Positions 28,920 through 39,131 of a stretch of DNA of 48,912 bases are shown one piece after another (position 1 is the first letter of the stretch; the number at the start of each line of letters is the position of its first letter). The position numbers and the translations under genes are program-made. The stretch is from the IMG/VR virus record IMGVR_UViG_2868238732_000001, positions 1-48,912 of that record; one strand, given 5' to 3'. The notes beneath the pieces are model-generated. The model was not told the DNA's origin. It searched no databases and saw only the letters and a list, made by a program, of their open reading frames with translations. The stretch comes from a virus.

Positions 28920-29557
28920 TACGCGGAAATCACCTTCTCAGCATTAAAAGTCAACATTCCGTATAGCTCCGATATATCGATTTGAGAATTGTCTAAGCTA
29001 ATAATTTGATAAGTTTGTTTTAACCAAGTAAATTTATCACCTATTGCAATATTCTTTGTCGAATCATTATATTGACAAGAAATTACCAACTGGTCGCTTG
29101 GCACAATTCCAACGTTCCCCGTACTACTCTTAAACTGAAAACTATTAAATAAAGTAGAGCAATATAAATCCTCAGCAATATTTACATCACCTTCAGGAGT
29201 TATAATATTTCCATTATCATCTTGAACCATCATTTGGTATCTAGTAACGGTTAACTTTGTATTACAAGTAGTTGTAGTAAACTCATAACATTTAGGAAAT
29301 TCATTCTCTTTCAACTGAGTTATTAGCATTGTTTCGTTTTTGTATTGTAAATAATCTCCCATTTTTAAATTGGAAGTTAACTCTGCAAAGACCACTTCAT
29401 CAGAAGATGTTGAATTATTTTTTGTTCTATAATTAACTTTGTCCAGTCTGACTTTGACTTTGTTAAGTGGATCAAAATTAATAATAGAATCAGTTCCTAA
29501 AGCTAAAAGTGAATCACTAAAATCCCTTTGCATATTAGGTGGAATATAAAATCTCAC
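28919..29557 (-). CDS. Head closure-like protein
   Basis: Two LKMGD / IAIGDKF beta-barrel-type motifs; position. Confidence 0.55.
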   Translation of the reverse strand: MRFYIPPNMQRDFSDSLLALGTDSIINFDPLNKVKVRLDKVNYRTKNNSTSSDEVVFAELTSNLKMGDYLQYKNETMLITQLKENEFPKCYEFTTTTCNTKLTVTRYQMMVQDDNGNIITPEGDVNIAEDLYCSTLFNSFQFKSSTGNVGIVPSDQLVISCQYNDSTKNIAIGDKFTWLKQTYQIISLDNSQIDISELYGMLTFNAEKVISA

Positions 29558-29559
29558 TT

Positions 29560-29799
29560 TTATATCACATCCTCTTCTGCGAAAGTCATATTCTGAGGTA
29601 ATCTCTTCAAATGACCTGCTAAACTTAAAACATCTTTTCTTAAAACTTCATGGCCAATCAAATCTAATTTATAATCTTCCATTGAATATAGAAGGCTCAT
29701 TGTTCTACTTGCTAAATAATCAAAGTAGTTTTGAAAATCATAAGATTCTTCTTTTACAATGTCCATATCTCTATCTCTCGTTGTAATATTTACTTTCAT
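29560..29799 (-). CDS. Hypothetical protein in neck module
   Basis: 79-aa ORF tightly packed in operon. Confidence 0.65.
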   Translation of the reverse strand: MKVNITTRDRDMDIVKEESYDFQNYFDYLASRTMSLLYSMEDYKLDLIGHEVLRKDVLSLAGHLKRLPQNMTFAEEDVI

Positions 29800-29801
29800 A
29801 G

Positions 29802-30209
29802 CTACACCGCCTTATGAGTGAATTTAAAGGCTAGTTTTGCAAGTCTTAGTTCAAGAGAAGCTATAGTTCCTTGTAAATTCTTAAAAGGAGTATTAGCACC
29901 AGTTATAGAAAGTGCATTCGTACTATATCCAATTATTGCGTTTACATCATCTTTTATTTGCTCTCTAAAAGCAATTTCTGCACAAGTGCATGCATATTCC
30001 TGTTCTGTTAAAGTTAATGTTCTCACCAGAGTATTATTAACTTTATCATAATCAATTAGAAAGTTATCTTCTATTCCTTCATCAATATAAAGTCGTTTAA
30101 CTCCTTGTAATGTAAATGATGCATAATCAGAATCCACCATTGGAATAGGTGTTACTTGAAACTTAATGTTACCTGTTAATTCCTCTTGAATATCAATTAA
30201 GGAGGTCAT
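29802..30209 (-). CDS. Head-tail adaptor-like protein
   Basis: Position after capsid genes; helical 135-aa protein. Confidence 0.5.
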   Translation of the reverse strand: MTSLIDIQEELTGNIKFQVTPIPMVDSDYASFTLQGVKRLYIDEGIEDNFLIDYDKVNNTLVRTLTLTEQEYACTCAEIAFREQIKDDVNAIIGYSTNALSITGANTPFKNLQGTIASLELRLAKLAFKFTHKAV

Positions 30210-30223
30210 AGGATCACTCTCCC

Positions 30224-30733
30224 TTATTCTGCTGATTTTTCGTCTGATTTTGCTTCTGCTGTTTTCTTAGGTTTAGTAACTTTCACTTTCACTTCTTCGA
30301 TTTCTTCAACTGGAGTAATGTCCTCTAAATCAATTTTCTTTCCAACTATTTCTTCGATAACTTTTAATCTTAAAACACTTAAATCACTTCTTTTAGCTAC
30401 AGCTATAATCTTAGCAATAGCGAATAGTTCTGTAACACCTGATAATTTTTCTTTTATTTGTGCAGCAGACAATTTAAATATTTCTTCAATCTCTAAATCT
30501 GTCAATATGTTAGGGTTCTTTTCAGCATAATTCAACGATATATTTATTTCTGAATCATCAATTACAAGTTCCCCGGAACTGAATAAATCATAGTTAGAAT
30601 CTAATTCCTTAATTTCTTCCTCATTTAAATAAATAAAAGAGTTGGGTTTAACTTGTCTATGCTTATTCCATTTTTGACATAATAAACCTACATTGTACTG
30701 ATTGTTATTTAATACTTTTATACTTTCTTTCAT
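30224..30733 (-). CDS. Hypothetical virion/assembly protein
   Basis: 169-aa ORF directly after the major capsid gene. Confidence 0.65.
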   Translation of the reverse strand: MKESIKVLNNNQYNVGLLCQKWNKHRQVKPNSFIYLNEEEIKELDSNYDLFSSGELVIDDSEINISLNYAEKNPNILTDLEIEEIFKLSAAQIKEKLSGVTELFAIAKIIAVAKRSDLSVLRLKVIEEIVGKKIDLEDITPVEEIEEVKVKVTKPKKTAEAKSDEKSAE

Positions 30734-30759
30734 AAATATCCTTATCTCCTTCTTAATTA

Positions 30760-30783
30760 AAATAAAGAGGGATTTCTCCCTCT
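30760..30783 (-). terminator. Weak terminator after major capsid gene
   Basis: AGAGGGA/TCCCTCT stem followed by TTATTTT on the minus strand. Confidence 0.5.
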
Positions 30784-30788
30784 AGTTA

Positions 30789-31766
30789 TTATTGTGCTCT
30801 GTAAACTCCCATGTAGTGTTCTGCTCCTACAACCTTGAAACCTGCTATCATTCCCATCATTAGGTCGTAATCTCCAGTATAAAAGTCTTCTTGCTCTCTC
30901 ATATAAACTTGACCTTCAAATTGAGCTTTAAGACTTCTTTGAGAAGCGTCTCCACCAGAAAGAATATACATAAGATCTTTTCTTAATTGGGTATTGGTTA
31001 AACTGCCTCTTAGTAAAGGATTTACTAGTCTAACAACATTTGCAGTATTGAATGTCCCAATAAAACCATTAGCATTATGTTCAAGAGCTAGTGCTTCTGG
31101 TAATTTACCATTCCAACCAGCAATATTATCAAGTAAGGTTAATTTTGAAATATCTCCAAGTAAATAAGGCTGTCCAAAAGTTCCGAAAGTGTTGATCTGA
31201 TTCTTTAAAAGAGTTTGGTCGATGCCTACAGCAGTTTCGTAATTAGGACTTGCCATTACTGAGAAAGCACTAAATAAAACTGTTTCCATTTCCTTTGTAA
31301 GTGCTTGATCTATTTTTTCTGCTGACAGTAAAGCAATTCTGTCGAAGTTTATTCTTCCTGAAGCCATGTCCATAAAGGAAATTGAAGGTCTAGTAGTTAT
31401 GTGTTTAGTGTCCATACCAACATATTTCTTAGTTAGTGTTCCTCTGTCTCCAGCTACACCCTTAGCAGTCCACTCAGCTGAAGTTAAGTCAACTTCAATC
31501 TCAAACTGTTGTTTAACGTTTATCCCGGTTCTTGCAACATCAGCAAAAGTTTCAAGATAATTAGTTTTACCTCTTACTATTTGGTTTGTTACAGTAGTTG
31601 TTATCTCTGCAAGTTCTGTTCTGATTCCTTTATCTTTTGTTTCGATGAATTTTGCAGACAGGTCTTTCATCACACCACGAGCTTCTGCTAATTCTGGGGA
31701 TTTAGAATCTACCTCTCCTTTAGCTTGTGCAATAAATACGTCTACTTCTTTATAGATATTTGCCAT
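30789..31766 (-). CDS. Major capsid protein (SPbeta YonB-like)
   Basis: 325 aa, after scaffold and decoration genes; GFIGTFN..NVV.L.NP pattern; own motif copy upstream. Confidence 0.75.
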   Translation of the reverse strand: MANIYKEVDVFIAQAKGEVDSKSPELAEARGVMKDLSAKFIETKDKGIRTELAEITTTVTNQIVRGKTNYLETFADVARTGINVKQQFEIEVDLTSAEWTAKGVAGDRGTLTKKYVGMDTKHITTRPSISFMDMASGRINFDRIALLSAEKIDQALTKEMETVLFSAFSVMASPNYETAVGIDQTLLKNQINTFGTFGQPYLLGDISKLTLLDNIAGWNGKLPEALALEHNANGFIGTFNTANVVRLVNPLLRGSLTNTQLRKDLMYILSGGDASQRSLKAQFEGQVYMREQEDFYTGDYDLMMGMIAGFKVVGAEHYMGVYRAQ

Positions 31767-31787
31767 TTTTATATTCCTCCTGTTTTA

Positions 31788-31809
31788 TAATATTATTGTT
31801 TAATTGTTA
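31788..31809 (-). promoter_or_regulatory. Phage motif copy 5 (before major capsid)
   Basis: TAACAATTAAACAATAATATTA. Confidence 0.75.
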
Positions 31810-31818
31810 TTTTTTTGA

Positions 31819-32259
31819 TTAGACTGCTGTTACTATACAAAGTAATGCTTCTTCTCCATCATAACTTGTAATTTTCTCTGTGATAGTTGCTTGAAATAAT
31901 CCAGCTGCATTTGCTTTTAACTTTCCTGCTGCTGAAACCATTACTACTCCGCCAACTACATATGTACTAAGAGCAGCTTCTAATGAAGTTGTTACAAACT
32001 TAGCACCTAACTGTAATTTACTCATTTTAACGGCAGTACCGATTGCAAGAGTAAAGTCTTTGTCAGCCTTACCAAATTCTATTGGAGTGTCTATGTCACA
32101 TTGCACGAAATATACATCTCTTAATGCGTCTGTACCTGGAACTGATACTGTTTTGTCTGTGTAGTTTGGGGCTACGAATATACCTCTGCCTAATCCTGCT
32201 GCTTTTGCAGTAAAACCACCTTGCGTTGAATATAAACCATTTTTAACTAATCCGTTCAT
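31819..32259 (-). CDS. Capsid decoration/cement protein
   Basis: Small beta-rich Gly/Ala/Thr protein between scaffold and capsid genes. Confidence 0.6.
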   Translation of the reverse strand: MNGLVKNGLYSTQGGFTAKAAGLGRGIFVAPNYTDKTVSVPGTDALRDVYFVQCDIDTPIEFGKADKDFTLAIGTAVKMSKLQLGAKFVTTSLEAALSTYVVGGVVMVSAAGKLKANAAGLFQATITEKITSYDGEEALLCIVTAV

Positions 32260-32279
32260 TTAATATGCCTCCTGTTTTA

Positions 32280-32300
32280 TAATATTATTGTTTAATTGTT
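32280..32300 (-). promoter_or_regulatory. Phage motif copy 6 (before decoration protein)
   Basis: AACAATTAAACAATAATATTA. Confidence 0.75.
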
Positions 32301-32304
32301 GTGA

Positions 32305-33777
32305 CTATATTGAGTATTTTTCTCTTAGAGAGCCTGGTTCTGTTCCTGCCAATTTAAGGTTATCAACAATTCTTGATGCCATTTCTACTTTTGATTTAGC
32401 TCCTGGTGCTGTAGATGCCATTGCAATTTCTACGATTCTTGAATTAAGTTTTGCTTCATCCAATTTGTCGAGTGCTTCTGCAATTTCAACTTCTGCCATA
32501 ACTTTATCATTTAGTAACTTAGAATATTTAGCCTTTAATATTAATTTCTTCTCAGCTAATTCTAACTCAGTTTTTGTTGCTATCATTGCCTCATGAGCTA
32601 CCTTAATGGGCTCAAGTGAAGCAATCAAGGTGTCTTTTTCAATAATAGATGCTGACAGAACAGTAAGCTTTTCTGTTATTGTTACGATCTCTGCACATTT
32701 AGCTTTAGTTTCGTCTTTAGCTGCTACGACCTCTTTGTCTTTTTCATCCTCTTTTGCTTTCGCATCTTTCTTTGTTTTGTCAATTTCAACATCTTTCTCT
32801 TTAAGTTTTGCGTCCTTTGCTGCAATTTCAACCTCTAATTCTGCTATTGTTGCCATTTCTAATTCCTCCTTATTATTTTTCTTGATATACGTTCTATCAA
32901 CATCATACGTATCTAAAATCGTAACCTCATTATTTGTTACACTGAATTCAACTTTTATTAAATCTGCTGTACTATAATTTTTAAGAATAACATAATCTAC
33001 TCCAATATCTTGAGAATCGTACATCCAATAATCGTTATCCATTTTTTCTCTAAGCTGATTAAATAGCTTAGTTTTAACTTGGTTTATGTCTAACTCTGCT
33101 AGATTTATTTTAGAGTTTTCAAACATATTCTCAACTGTAAAATTTTCTTTACTTCTTTGCAAGTTTTCACCTCCTCCAATGTTTCCTTCCATAATTTGGG
33201 CAACTAATGTTAACGAATGAGCCGATAAGACAGCTGGATTAGTTACACAGGCCATTGCAAAGAGATAGTTAAATTCAGAAACATCTACAAAGGTAGTAGT
33301 TCCTTCTTTAGAACATTCTCCTGCTATAATTTCATATGACAATGTAAGATTCCCCGAGTCAAATAAATCTTGTAATACCTCGCAAATATCTGCGAATCTT
33401 TTAGGCACGCGTGCCTCCCCAACTAACTCTAGTATTGTTTCATCATCAGCATTCGCTTGAGTTTCAAATGAAATAAAAGATCCTATCATCTGACTTGAGA
33501 ATACTCCAGTTTTCTGATTATAGGCATGAGTTAGATTGTTTACTTTGCCTTTGGCTAATTTATTAAATTCAGCCATTAGTGGTAAACTAATATACTTCTG
33601 TTGATTGTCAGCAACTTCCTGAAGAAATTCTGGTGAATATTGTATATTATTAAGATTCTTAAGAGTGTCTAATAAAATAAATCTTATACTCATAAATATT
33701 TCAGAGGAAATTTCTTCTTCGCCGATAGATATTATTCGTTTTGAGTTACATTTAAAAATTTGTGGTTTCTTTGCCAT
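32305..33777 (-). CDS. Prohead protease-scaffold fusion (SPbeta YonD-like)
   Basis: NLNN, LTH, LSYEI, NPA motifs in N-half; C-terminal coiled coil; follows portal. Confidence 0.7.
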   Translation of the reverse strand: MAKKPQIFKCNSKRIISIGEEEISSEIFMSIRFILLDTLKNLNNIQYSPEFLQEVADNQQKYISLPLMAEFNKLAKGKVNNLTHAYNQKTGVFSSQMIGSFISFETQANADDETILELVGEARVPKRFADICEVLQDLFDSGNLTLSYEIIAGECSKEGTTTFVDVSEFNYLFAMACVTNPAVLSAHSLTLVAQIMEGNIGGGENLQRSKENFTVENMFENSKINLAELDINQVKTKLFNQLREKMDNDYWMYDSQDIGVDYVILKNYSTADLIKVEFSVTNNEVTILDTYDVDRTYIKKNNKEELEMATIAELEVEIAAKDAKLKEKDVEIDKTKKDAKAKEDEKDKEVVAAKDETKAKCAEIVTITEKLTVLSASIIEKDTLIASLEPIKVAHEAMIATKTELELAEKKLILKAKYSKLLNDKVMAEVEIAEALDKLDEAKLNSRIVEIAMASTAPGAKSKVEMASRIVDNLKLAGTEPGSLREKYSI

Positions 33778-33791
33778 ATATTCACCTCCTT

Positions 33792-35288
33792 TTACTGGGT
33801 GCTAGGCTTAGGCTGTTTTCCAGTGGCTGATTTTGATTTGTCTGCCCCTGGCTTATCTGGTGCTCCACCTTTGTCATCTTTGCCAGATTGATTGTTAAAT
33901 GAAGGCGGAACCACAAATATCTCTTTATCTCCATCAGCCTTTTCTTTAGTCTTACGTTCTTTCTCTTGGTCGTAATCTTGTCCCATACTCTCAATAGCTG
34001 TTTTATATGAAACTAAACCTAAAGTAAATAAAGCACTTATTTCTTCTCTCATGGCCTTGTCATCCTGTATTGATACTTTATCAAAGACAAATGAAGGAAC
34101 CTTTGCTTCTGCTATTCTCCATTCAATAGCTCTTTTCTTCATAATTTTCTTTAAAAACTCTGCAACATTCTTTTGATTAGCAGAAATTTTCTTCTCAGCA
34201 ACGGATACATTTACTGTTGCACTAGCAAAGTTAGAACTGCTGGAATCCCCAGTTACGATAATTGCAGACAATCCACAACTAGATAGAATTGATGTATTTA
34301 CTTCATCATATTTTGCTTTATCAAACATGTTTTTAGTATCTACTGTTATCCAATTCGCGTTAACCACATATGAAGTTATAGCTAAGGGGAATCCATTTAT
34401 CGCATTTTTGAATATTCCTCCAATCTCCTTCATAATATCTGGAGAAGGGGATGGCATAAACTTTTCTGAACCAACTTTTACATGTAAAAATGATTTCATT
34501 CCTACAGATAATTGACTATTCTCAAACTCTCCAATAAGATTTTTCTTGGAAAAGGAACGAAGACATGAGGAAATAAATGGAATACAATATTTCTCCCAGC
34601 GTGATTTCACCCCTTGAAGAGTAAATGTATTTTCTGGATTTAACTGAATCCACAAGTTTCCATCTTTTATGCCTTGTATAATTTCTTCGGGATAACCCTC
34701 GTAAGATTTTAGCAAAGTATCTATAAACCCTTCTTTTGCAATAGTATAATTCCTATTTCCAAACTCTGAAATCTTGTACTCCAGTACGGGTTCACCGCCT
34801 AATCCTATGGAGCTAATTCTAATTCTATGTGGTGGAAATACATCAAAATAATTGCCCCTGTCATAAATGTAGCAATTCTCATATAAATTCAGATCATAAA
34901 AAATGTCTCTAAGTAAATCGAAAAGCCCGATTGATTCAAAATAATCTTTATATTTCTGTTTTATTTTTTCTGATGCTCCCATAAGCTTCCAACCGGATAA
35001 TGAGAATGGAGTTAATATCTTTTTTATTGCATTACCATAAATTGGGTCTGCATCAACATAGTAATTACAAAGTTCAAATATTTTATAGATGTTATCTTGC
35101 TTATTTTTGAGAATCGCATCAATATTGTAACCTTTAACATCACCATTTGAAGTAAATCTATTTTCATATACAGAAACTGGTTTTCCTACATCTCCTCCTT
35201 GATAAGATTTCATATCAAATCCAAGGGAAATATCTTTTGGAGTTTTAGGGGCAGATTGAGAAGCTATTTGCTTTTTCTTTTTCGACAT
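33792..35288 (-). CDS. Portal protein (SPbeta YonE-like)
   Basis: 498 aa between terminase and protease; KYDEVN..I...G, G.DYDQE.ER..KE. Confidence 0.75.
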   Translation of the reverse strand: MSKKKKQIASQSAPKTPKDISLGFDMKSYQGGDVGKPVSVYENRFTSNGDVKGYNIDAILKNKQDNIYKIFELCNYYVDADPIYGNAIKKILTPFSLSGWKLMGASEKIKQKYKDYFESIGLFDLLRDIFYDLNLYENCYIYDRGNYFDVFPPHRIRISSIGLGGEPVLEYKISEFGNRNYTIAKEGFIDTLLKSYEGYPEEIIQGIKDGNLWIQLNPENTFTLQGVKSRWEKYCIPFISSCLRSFSKKNLIGEFENSQLSVGMKSFLHVKVGSEKFMPSPSPDIMKEIGGIFKNAINGFPLAITSYVVNANWITVDTKNMFDKAKYDEVNTSILSSCGLSAIIVTGDSSSSNFASATVNVSVAEKKISANQKNVAEFLKKIMKKRAIEWRIAEAKVPSFVFDKVSIQDDKAMREEISALFTLGLVSYKTAIESMGQDYDQEKERKTKEKADGDKEIFVVPPSFNNQSGKDDKGGAPDKPGADKSKSATGKQPKPSTQ

Positions 35289-35302
35289 ATATTCACCTCC
35301 TT

Positions 35303-35324
35303 ATACAGTATTGTTTAGTTGTTA
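35303..35324 (-). promoter_or_regulatory. Phage motif copy 7 (before portal)
   Basis: TAACAACTAAACAATACTGTAT (variant). Confidence 0.65.
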
Positions 35325-36206
35325 ATCAAAGGTCATTGCCATTAAGCTTGTATTTAAAATTTCTTCAATATTCTCAAATTCAAAATATGGAATCCTAACT
35401 AATTTAATATCATTCTTCATACAGTAACTGTTTTTTATAGTGTCCCCACGTTTTGTTTTTTTGAATGACTCGACTCCTCCAAAATGCTTTACTGGCTTGT
35501 AGTGATGTTCTCCATCATATTCAATCAAACACATTAATTTTAATTTGTTAAATACTGCAAAATCAAAAGGAAGGGGTTTAATATTTCTACAGTCGTCAAG
35601 TCTATATTGCTCTAAAAAGATTAAACCATGTTTCTTTAAAATATCACTGATTTTACGCTCCCCTTTGGAACTATTACATATAGGACATCTGCTACCAGTC
35701 ATAAAATGGTCTACTCTGATGCAATAATCCTCATGTCCGCTTTGACATTTGACCCAAACGTACTTATCAGAATTATTACAAAACAAGAAAGGGTCTAAAG
35801 TATTTTTATTAGACCAGTATTTCTTTAAAAAATCATCTCCAAGCAGTTTAATATTCGTATCCGCAAACGATTTTCCACTTTTTAGTTTTGTTAATATAGA
35901 ATTGGCATGTCCATATAATTTACTTGCACATGGTTTGCAATAATATTTTCCATCTTCATTTATACATCTAGTGTACACTCCCCATTCTAAAGGTTTTGAT
36001 GTATTGCACTCATCACATTGAACATCTACAACTCCTCTTGATCTCCCCTGTAAATCTTCTACTTTTACTTTGATTTTTGTAGAGCCTCTTTGTATCCTCA
36101 TAATCCCTCGTCCATCTTTAACCTTTGGAATAATGTAACCCTTCTCCTCATAATATTTCATATTTTTCATACCAATTGAAACTTCCATTTCTTTTGTCAA
36201 CAACAT
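35322..36206 (-). CDS. Free-standing zinc-ribbon + PD-(D/E)xK/Vsr-like endonuclease (homing endonuclease-like)
   Basis: CDEC, CKPC, CPIC; SKGERKI, LPFDF, IEYDGEHH, LVRIPY. Confidence 0.8.
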   Translation of the reverse strand: MLLTKEMEVSIGMKNMKYYEEKGYIIPKVKDGRGIMRIQRGSTKIKVKVEDLQGRSRGVVDVQCDECNTSKPLEWGVYTRCINEDGKYYCKPCASKLYGHANSILTKLKSGKSFADTNIKLLGDDFLKKYWSNKNTLDPFLFCNNSDKYVWVKCQSGHEDYCIRVDHFMTGSRCPICNSSKGERKISDILKKHGLIFLEQYRLDDCRNIKPLPFDFAVFNKLKLMCLIEYDGEHHYKPVKHFGGVESFKKTKRGDTIKNSYCMKNDIKLVRIPYFEFENIEEILNTSLMAMTFD

Positions 36207-36253
36207 AATTCATTTCTCCTTTAGATATTAATTTTTGAAATATAAAAAAGCAG

Positions 36254-36433
36254 CTACTTTATTTGTAACTGCTTGTACTCATTTAAATCTTTAAGAAACT
36301 CGTCCGTTTCATTAAAAACATAAACATTGAAATCTTTATTATTTTTTAATTGCTTTGCTAATGCTTGAAGAATATGTCCTTTAGTCATTAAATGACCAGC
36401 ACAATGATTTCCGAATATTACTTTTTTCTTCAT
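36254..36433 (-). CDS. 59-aa small protein, DUF5659-like (not in ORF track)
   Basis: AGGAGG RBS; MKKKVIFGNHCAGHLMTKG...NVYVFNETDEFLKDLNEY. Confidence 0.75.
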   Translation of the reverse strand: MKKKVIFGNHCAGHLMTKGHILQALAKQLKNNKDFNVYVFNETDEFLKDLNEYKQLQIK

Positions 36434-36462
36434 TTAGAAACCTCCTTTAGATATTATGGAAC

Positions 36463-38265
36463 TCAATTCCAAGTCATTGCTATCCCCATACACATACCTT
36501 CTGTATTATTATTATATCTCTCTCTATTTTCGTCTTCCAATTCAGATATATATTCCATCGCCATAATAAGAGAAGAATATCTATCTTTGTGTTGAGTAGT
36601 TAAAGCTGTGTCGTATATCGTATTTCCACTTGCACTTATCTTAGGAACTATCGTACTACATTCGCTCTGTAGAGCATCAGTCTCTCTATAAATAGAAACT
36701 TCCTCTATCAGAATATCTCGAGAAACTTTTGACTTGGATTTTTTACCACTATCCTCATCAAACTCAACAATTTCCTCCTGTTCTCTACTTACACTTGCAG
36801 ATTGAATAGGCAAATGTAGCGACCTATTCTCGCAATATAGCCTAGTCTTCGTAACTGCCCTATTGTTTAATTTATTATTACCTATAAAACTTCTAACTAT
36901 TGGGATAGCTGTATTACCAGTATATCCAATATCATCACGTACAAAAGGCTTGTATTCCTCTCCCTCGCTTACATAGGGGAAATTAAGCATACCAACAACG
37001 CCTTCTCCAATGGCATTTCCGTCAACAATTACTCTCTCTATATTTGGGAATCTTATACACATTTTTCTAATCTCAATAGCAAGAGCCTCTTGCCCATAGC
37101 CATGAAATGTTCTTATGTAGACCAAATACTTATTGAAAGTACCATCTAATTTACCAGAAGAATCGGTTCTTTCAGAAATTTTCGTTATAGTTAAAGCGGC
37201 ATTATCAGCAGTTTTCGCAGCACTTGTAGCTACGTCTAGTGATAAAATATATCTTGATTTAGAACCTTTTGGTTGAAATAATTCAACTCCATCAAAATCC
37301 CTACAGGGTTCAGTTAAGTCATATGGTAAAAAACTTCCATTTTCTGAACCTATAAATTTTGACCCCCATTCCATTTCGAATGATGACAGAACCATGCCAT
37401 TTTTATAAGTCTCAATCTCTTCTTCAGTTTTTACCCCATTCCTTACGGCTACTTTGTAACTTAGAGCACTAGCAAATTGAGTCGTGTCTCCTTTTTTCAT
37501 AGCAGTTAACGTGTCCTTAAACCTTAGAAAAAAATCACAAGACTTTAGATAGGCTGAACTCGTTTCAAATAATTTAGATTCAAAATCCTCAAATCCTTCG
37601 TCTCTTTTAGCCCACCATATATCTCTTTTAAAACTAAGAATGGGTACTAGAACGTCTTTTATAACCTCTGATTTAACCCATGCTGATTCATCAATCAAAA
37701 TTACTTTTTTTCTAAGTCCTCTTAGGTTACTGCCATCTGTATTCATAGCCAAAGCTTCTATTGTAGAACCATTTTTAAACTCTACAAATCCACCATCTTT
37801 AGTTATACGAACAGGAGATTTTAGTTCTCTTTGAAAATTAGGATACAGAGCTGCTAAAGTCTTTATGTACTTGAGAGTAAGACAGGCTTGCTTGACAGTT
37901 TTCGAAACAACAAGAATAGGTGTTTCTGAATAAAGTATTGCAATAGAAGGAAGTATCAGTCCCATCTTCCAAGTCTTTCCTAATGACCTTGCCTCGATGT
38001 CTTTTACATTTGTTGAATTGCCACAATTCCTCGCAATTATCTGTTGATAGTCAAAAAGTTCAAGTTTTCTTTCCTCATATGGGAAATAGTCATGGATAAA
38101 AATATCTAAATGACTTCTCCAAAATAAAATCTGTTTTTCCCATTCTTCTGCATTGTCTATTCCATTTTTTCTTACAACTTTATGACTGTCTGGATTACCA
38201 AGGTCTAATTGAGTACCTGATTGGCTTGCTTGTTTTTTATGAGAATAATTGGGATTGGTAGCCAT
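36463..38265 (-). CDS. Terminase large subunit (SPbeta YonF-like)
   Basis: Walker A ARSLGKT, NLRGLR, Walker B ILIDES, nuclease LSLDVA, HKDRYSS. Confidence 0.92.
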   Translation of the reverse strand: MATNPNYSHKKQASQSGTQLDLGNPDSHKVVRKNGIDNAEEWEKQILFWRSHLDIFIHDYFPYEERKLELFDYQQIIARNCGNSTNVKDIEARSLGKTWKMGLILPSIAILYSETPILVVSKTVKQACLTLKYIKTLAALYPNFQRELKSPVRITKDGGFVEFKNGSTIEALAMNTDGSNLRGLRKKVILIDESAWVKSEVIKDVLVPILSFKRDIWWAKRDEGFEDFESKLFETSSAYLKSCDFFLRFKDTLTAMKKGDTTQFASALSYKVAVRNGVKTEEEIETYKNGMVLSSFEMEWGSKFIGSENGSFLPYDLTEPCRDFDGVELFQPKGSKSRYILSLDVATSAAKTADNAALTITKISERTDSSGKLDGTFNKYLVYIRTFHGYGQEALAIEIRKMCIRFPNIERVIVDGNAIGEGVVGMLNFPYVSEGEEYKPFVRDDIGYTGNTAIPIVRSFIGNNKLNNRAVTKTRLYCENRSLHLPIQSASVSREQEEIVEFDEDSGKKSKSKVSRDILIEEVSIYRETDALQSECSTIVPKISASGNTIYDTALTTQHKDRYSSLIMAMEYISELEDENRERYNNNTEGMCMGIAMTWN

Positions 38266-39131
38266 TAAAATTCACCACCAACACTCGTTATAGTCCATCT
38301 AAAATCTTCACTAATTTTGTCAACATCGTCTTTTTCAAAATTGATTTTCTTCTGAAGAAATCCCGTTTGTTCGAGTTGCGCAACTATTTCGCTTAGTGAT
38401 CCAAGACCAGCAACATCATTAGTCGAACGTGTCTTTTCGCTCAGCTTCGCACTCTGAGATAGTTTATCAAACGTTGCAGTAGCCTTATCGTACTTTTTCT
38501 CCGCTCCAGGTACATCGTTAAGCATTTCATTGCTTGCTTCATCAACAGACAGACTAGCCTTTGCTATTTTTCGACAATAGTCCTTATGGTTTCGAGTTTT
38601 TACAACAAAATCACCAATAGTATCTTCATAATAAGCATCTAACCAATCTATTTGGCTTTTTGTATATGAACCTCGCCAATCTTGTGAATATATTTTCTTT
38701 TCGTTAATTTCTTTGGAGTCGATATTTTCTTCATTTTCATTATCTTCTGCTTCTTCCTCTACAAAAGTTAAATATCCTTCCTCAGGAACATATTGATAAT
38801 ATTGCGAATTTCCCATCCTTGAGAAATACATATTAATTATCTTTCTATTTAAGAAAACTTCTCTTTTTTCTTCAGAAAGAGAGTTGTATTCAATATCATG
38901 TTCATATTTTGTTTGTATAGATTTAGAAACTTCTTCATAAAGATCTTGACTAAACAGACGATTATTTATACTACAAAACAGCTTCAATCCAGTAATATCA
39001 ACCGCGGTCTTTTTATCACATTCTTTACATGCCATATTTAATCCGTATCCTGGTTTATTATCTCTATGAGTATAAAAATTACTTGCTTTTTTAGTTTTGT
39101 GGCAAATAATACATTCCTTCGATGTAATCAA
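38265..39131 (-). CDS. Putative terminase small subunit with N-terminal zinc ribbon
   Basis: CIIC..K....FY...CKEC; TAATG coupling to the large terminase. Confidence 0.55.
   Translation of the reverse strand: MITSKECIICHKTKKASNFYTHRDNKPGYGLNMACKECDKKTAVDITGLKLFCSINNRLFSQDLYEEVSKSIQTKYEHDIEYNSLSEEKREVFLNRKIINMYFSRMGNSQYYQYVPEEGYLTFVEEEAEDNENEENIDSKEINEKKIYSQDWRGSYTKSQIDWLDAYYEDTIGDFVVKTRNHKDYCRKIAKASLSVDEASNEMLNDVPGAEKKYDKATATFDKLSQSAKLSEKTRSTNDVAGLGSLSEIVAQLEQTGFLQKKINFEKDDVDKISEDFRWTITSVGGEF

Noticed and set aside
30784-30795. Partial motif TTATTATTGT after the capsid gene
   Set aside because: Only half the element, formed by the last codon and tandem stop codons
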